From an uncultured delta proteobacterium (GTDB lineage Bacteria; Desulfobacterota; Binatia; Binatales; Binataceae), in the NCBI GenBank assembly GCA_963794325.1, contig CAWCDG010000003.1, positions 224,001-288,000 on the forward strand: a DNA stretch of 64,000 nt. Reading direction: 5' to 3'. How positions within the stretch are numbered: position 1 is the stretch's first letter; the number at the start of each line of letters is the position of its first letter. Of the stretch, positions 63,610 through 64,000 are shown in pieces. The notes under the pieces were generated by a model. It saw nothing but the letters and a program-made list of their open reading frames with translations. It made no database searches and was not told the DNA's origin. The position numbers and the translations under genes were made by a program.

Positions 63610-64000
63610 ATGAAGATCGTCGTCATCGGCGGCACCGGTCTGATTGGCTCGAAGACTGTTCCCATCCTGCGCAGAGGCGATCATGAGGTCGTCGCCGCCT
63701 CGCCCAAAAGCGGCGTCAACACCATCACGGGCGAGGGGCTCAAAGAGGCCTTGGCCGGCGCGCAGGTGGTGATCGACCTCGCCAATTCGCCATCATTTGA
63801 AGACAACGCGGTGCTGGAATTCTTCGAGACCTCGGGCCGCAACCTTCTCGCGGCGGAGGGCGCGGCCGGCGTCCGGCACCATGTCGCGCTATCCATCGTC
63901 GGAATCGACCGATCGGACAATGGCTATTTCCGCGCCAAGGTCGCCCAGGAGAAACTGATCGAGACCTCCGGCATCCCCTACACCATCATCCGCTCGACCC
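63610..64000 (+). CDS. NmrA/SDR-type NAD(P)-binding protein, cut by the window edge
   Basis: MKIVVIGGTGLIG, GV.HHVALSIVG, Y.RAK..QE. Confidence 0.85.
   Translation, partial: MKIVVIGGTGLIGSKTVPILRRGDHEVVAASPKSGVNTITGEGLKEALAGAQVVIDLANSPSFEDNAVLEFFETSGRNLLAAEGAAGVRHHVALSIVGIDRSDNGYFRAKVAQEKLIETSGIPYTIIRST

Overview
High-GC bacterial chromosomal window, mostly housekeeping genes with small accessory patches between them. Gene content suggests a Deltaproteobacteria-like lineage such as Ca. Binatota, which is an inference. Core blocks: ilvB; tilS-ftsH-folP-cdaA-cdaR-glmM; an inverted pdxJ; nnr-tsaE; lysC-cimA-cysE; iscS-mnmA-mtaB-rnc-era-der-guaA-gltX; clpP; prmA-rsmE-gshB-tRNA-Phe; dnaG-tRNA(CAT)-zinc ribbon; rnpB; rmuC; clpS-clpA; nadB; pgsA-tRNA-Gly. 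The most interesting signals are small. (1) A transposase-less 516-bp cassette (2734-3249) carries a MAPEG gene between 19-bp inverted ends with a perfect 8-bp target duplication. The same end recurs at 20998-21016, after an IS1-type transposase tail and an Imm32-like passenger gene, which points to an IS1-end-based gene-cassette system. (2) A DUF559 nuclease is bracketed by inverted palindromic repeats and reads in frame into tilS. Related telomere-like repeats elsewhere supply stop codons to two genes. (3) A 24-bp mini-insertion is visible as a filled versus an empty site in two copies of another repeat. (4) There are two unusual small secreted proteins, one with HxxC heptads and one with a Trp/His/Asp repeat. 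Single-base +1 frameshifts in dnaG and clpA are most likely sequencing errors. All family assignments come from motif recognition, with no database searches.
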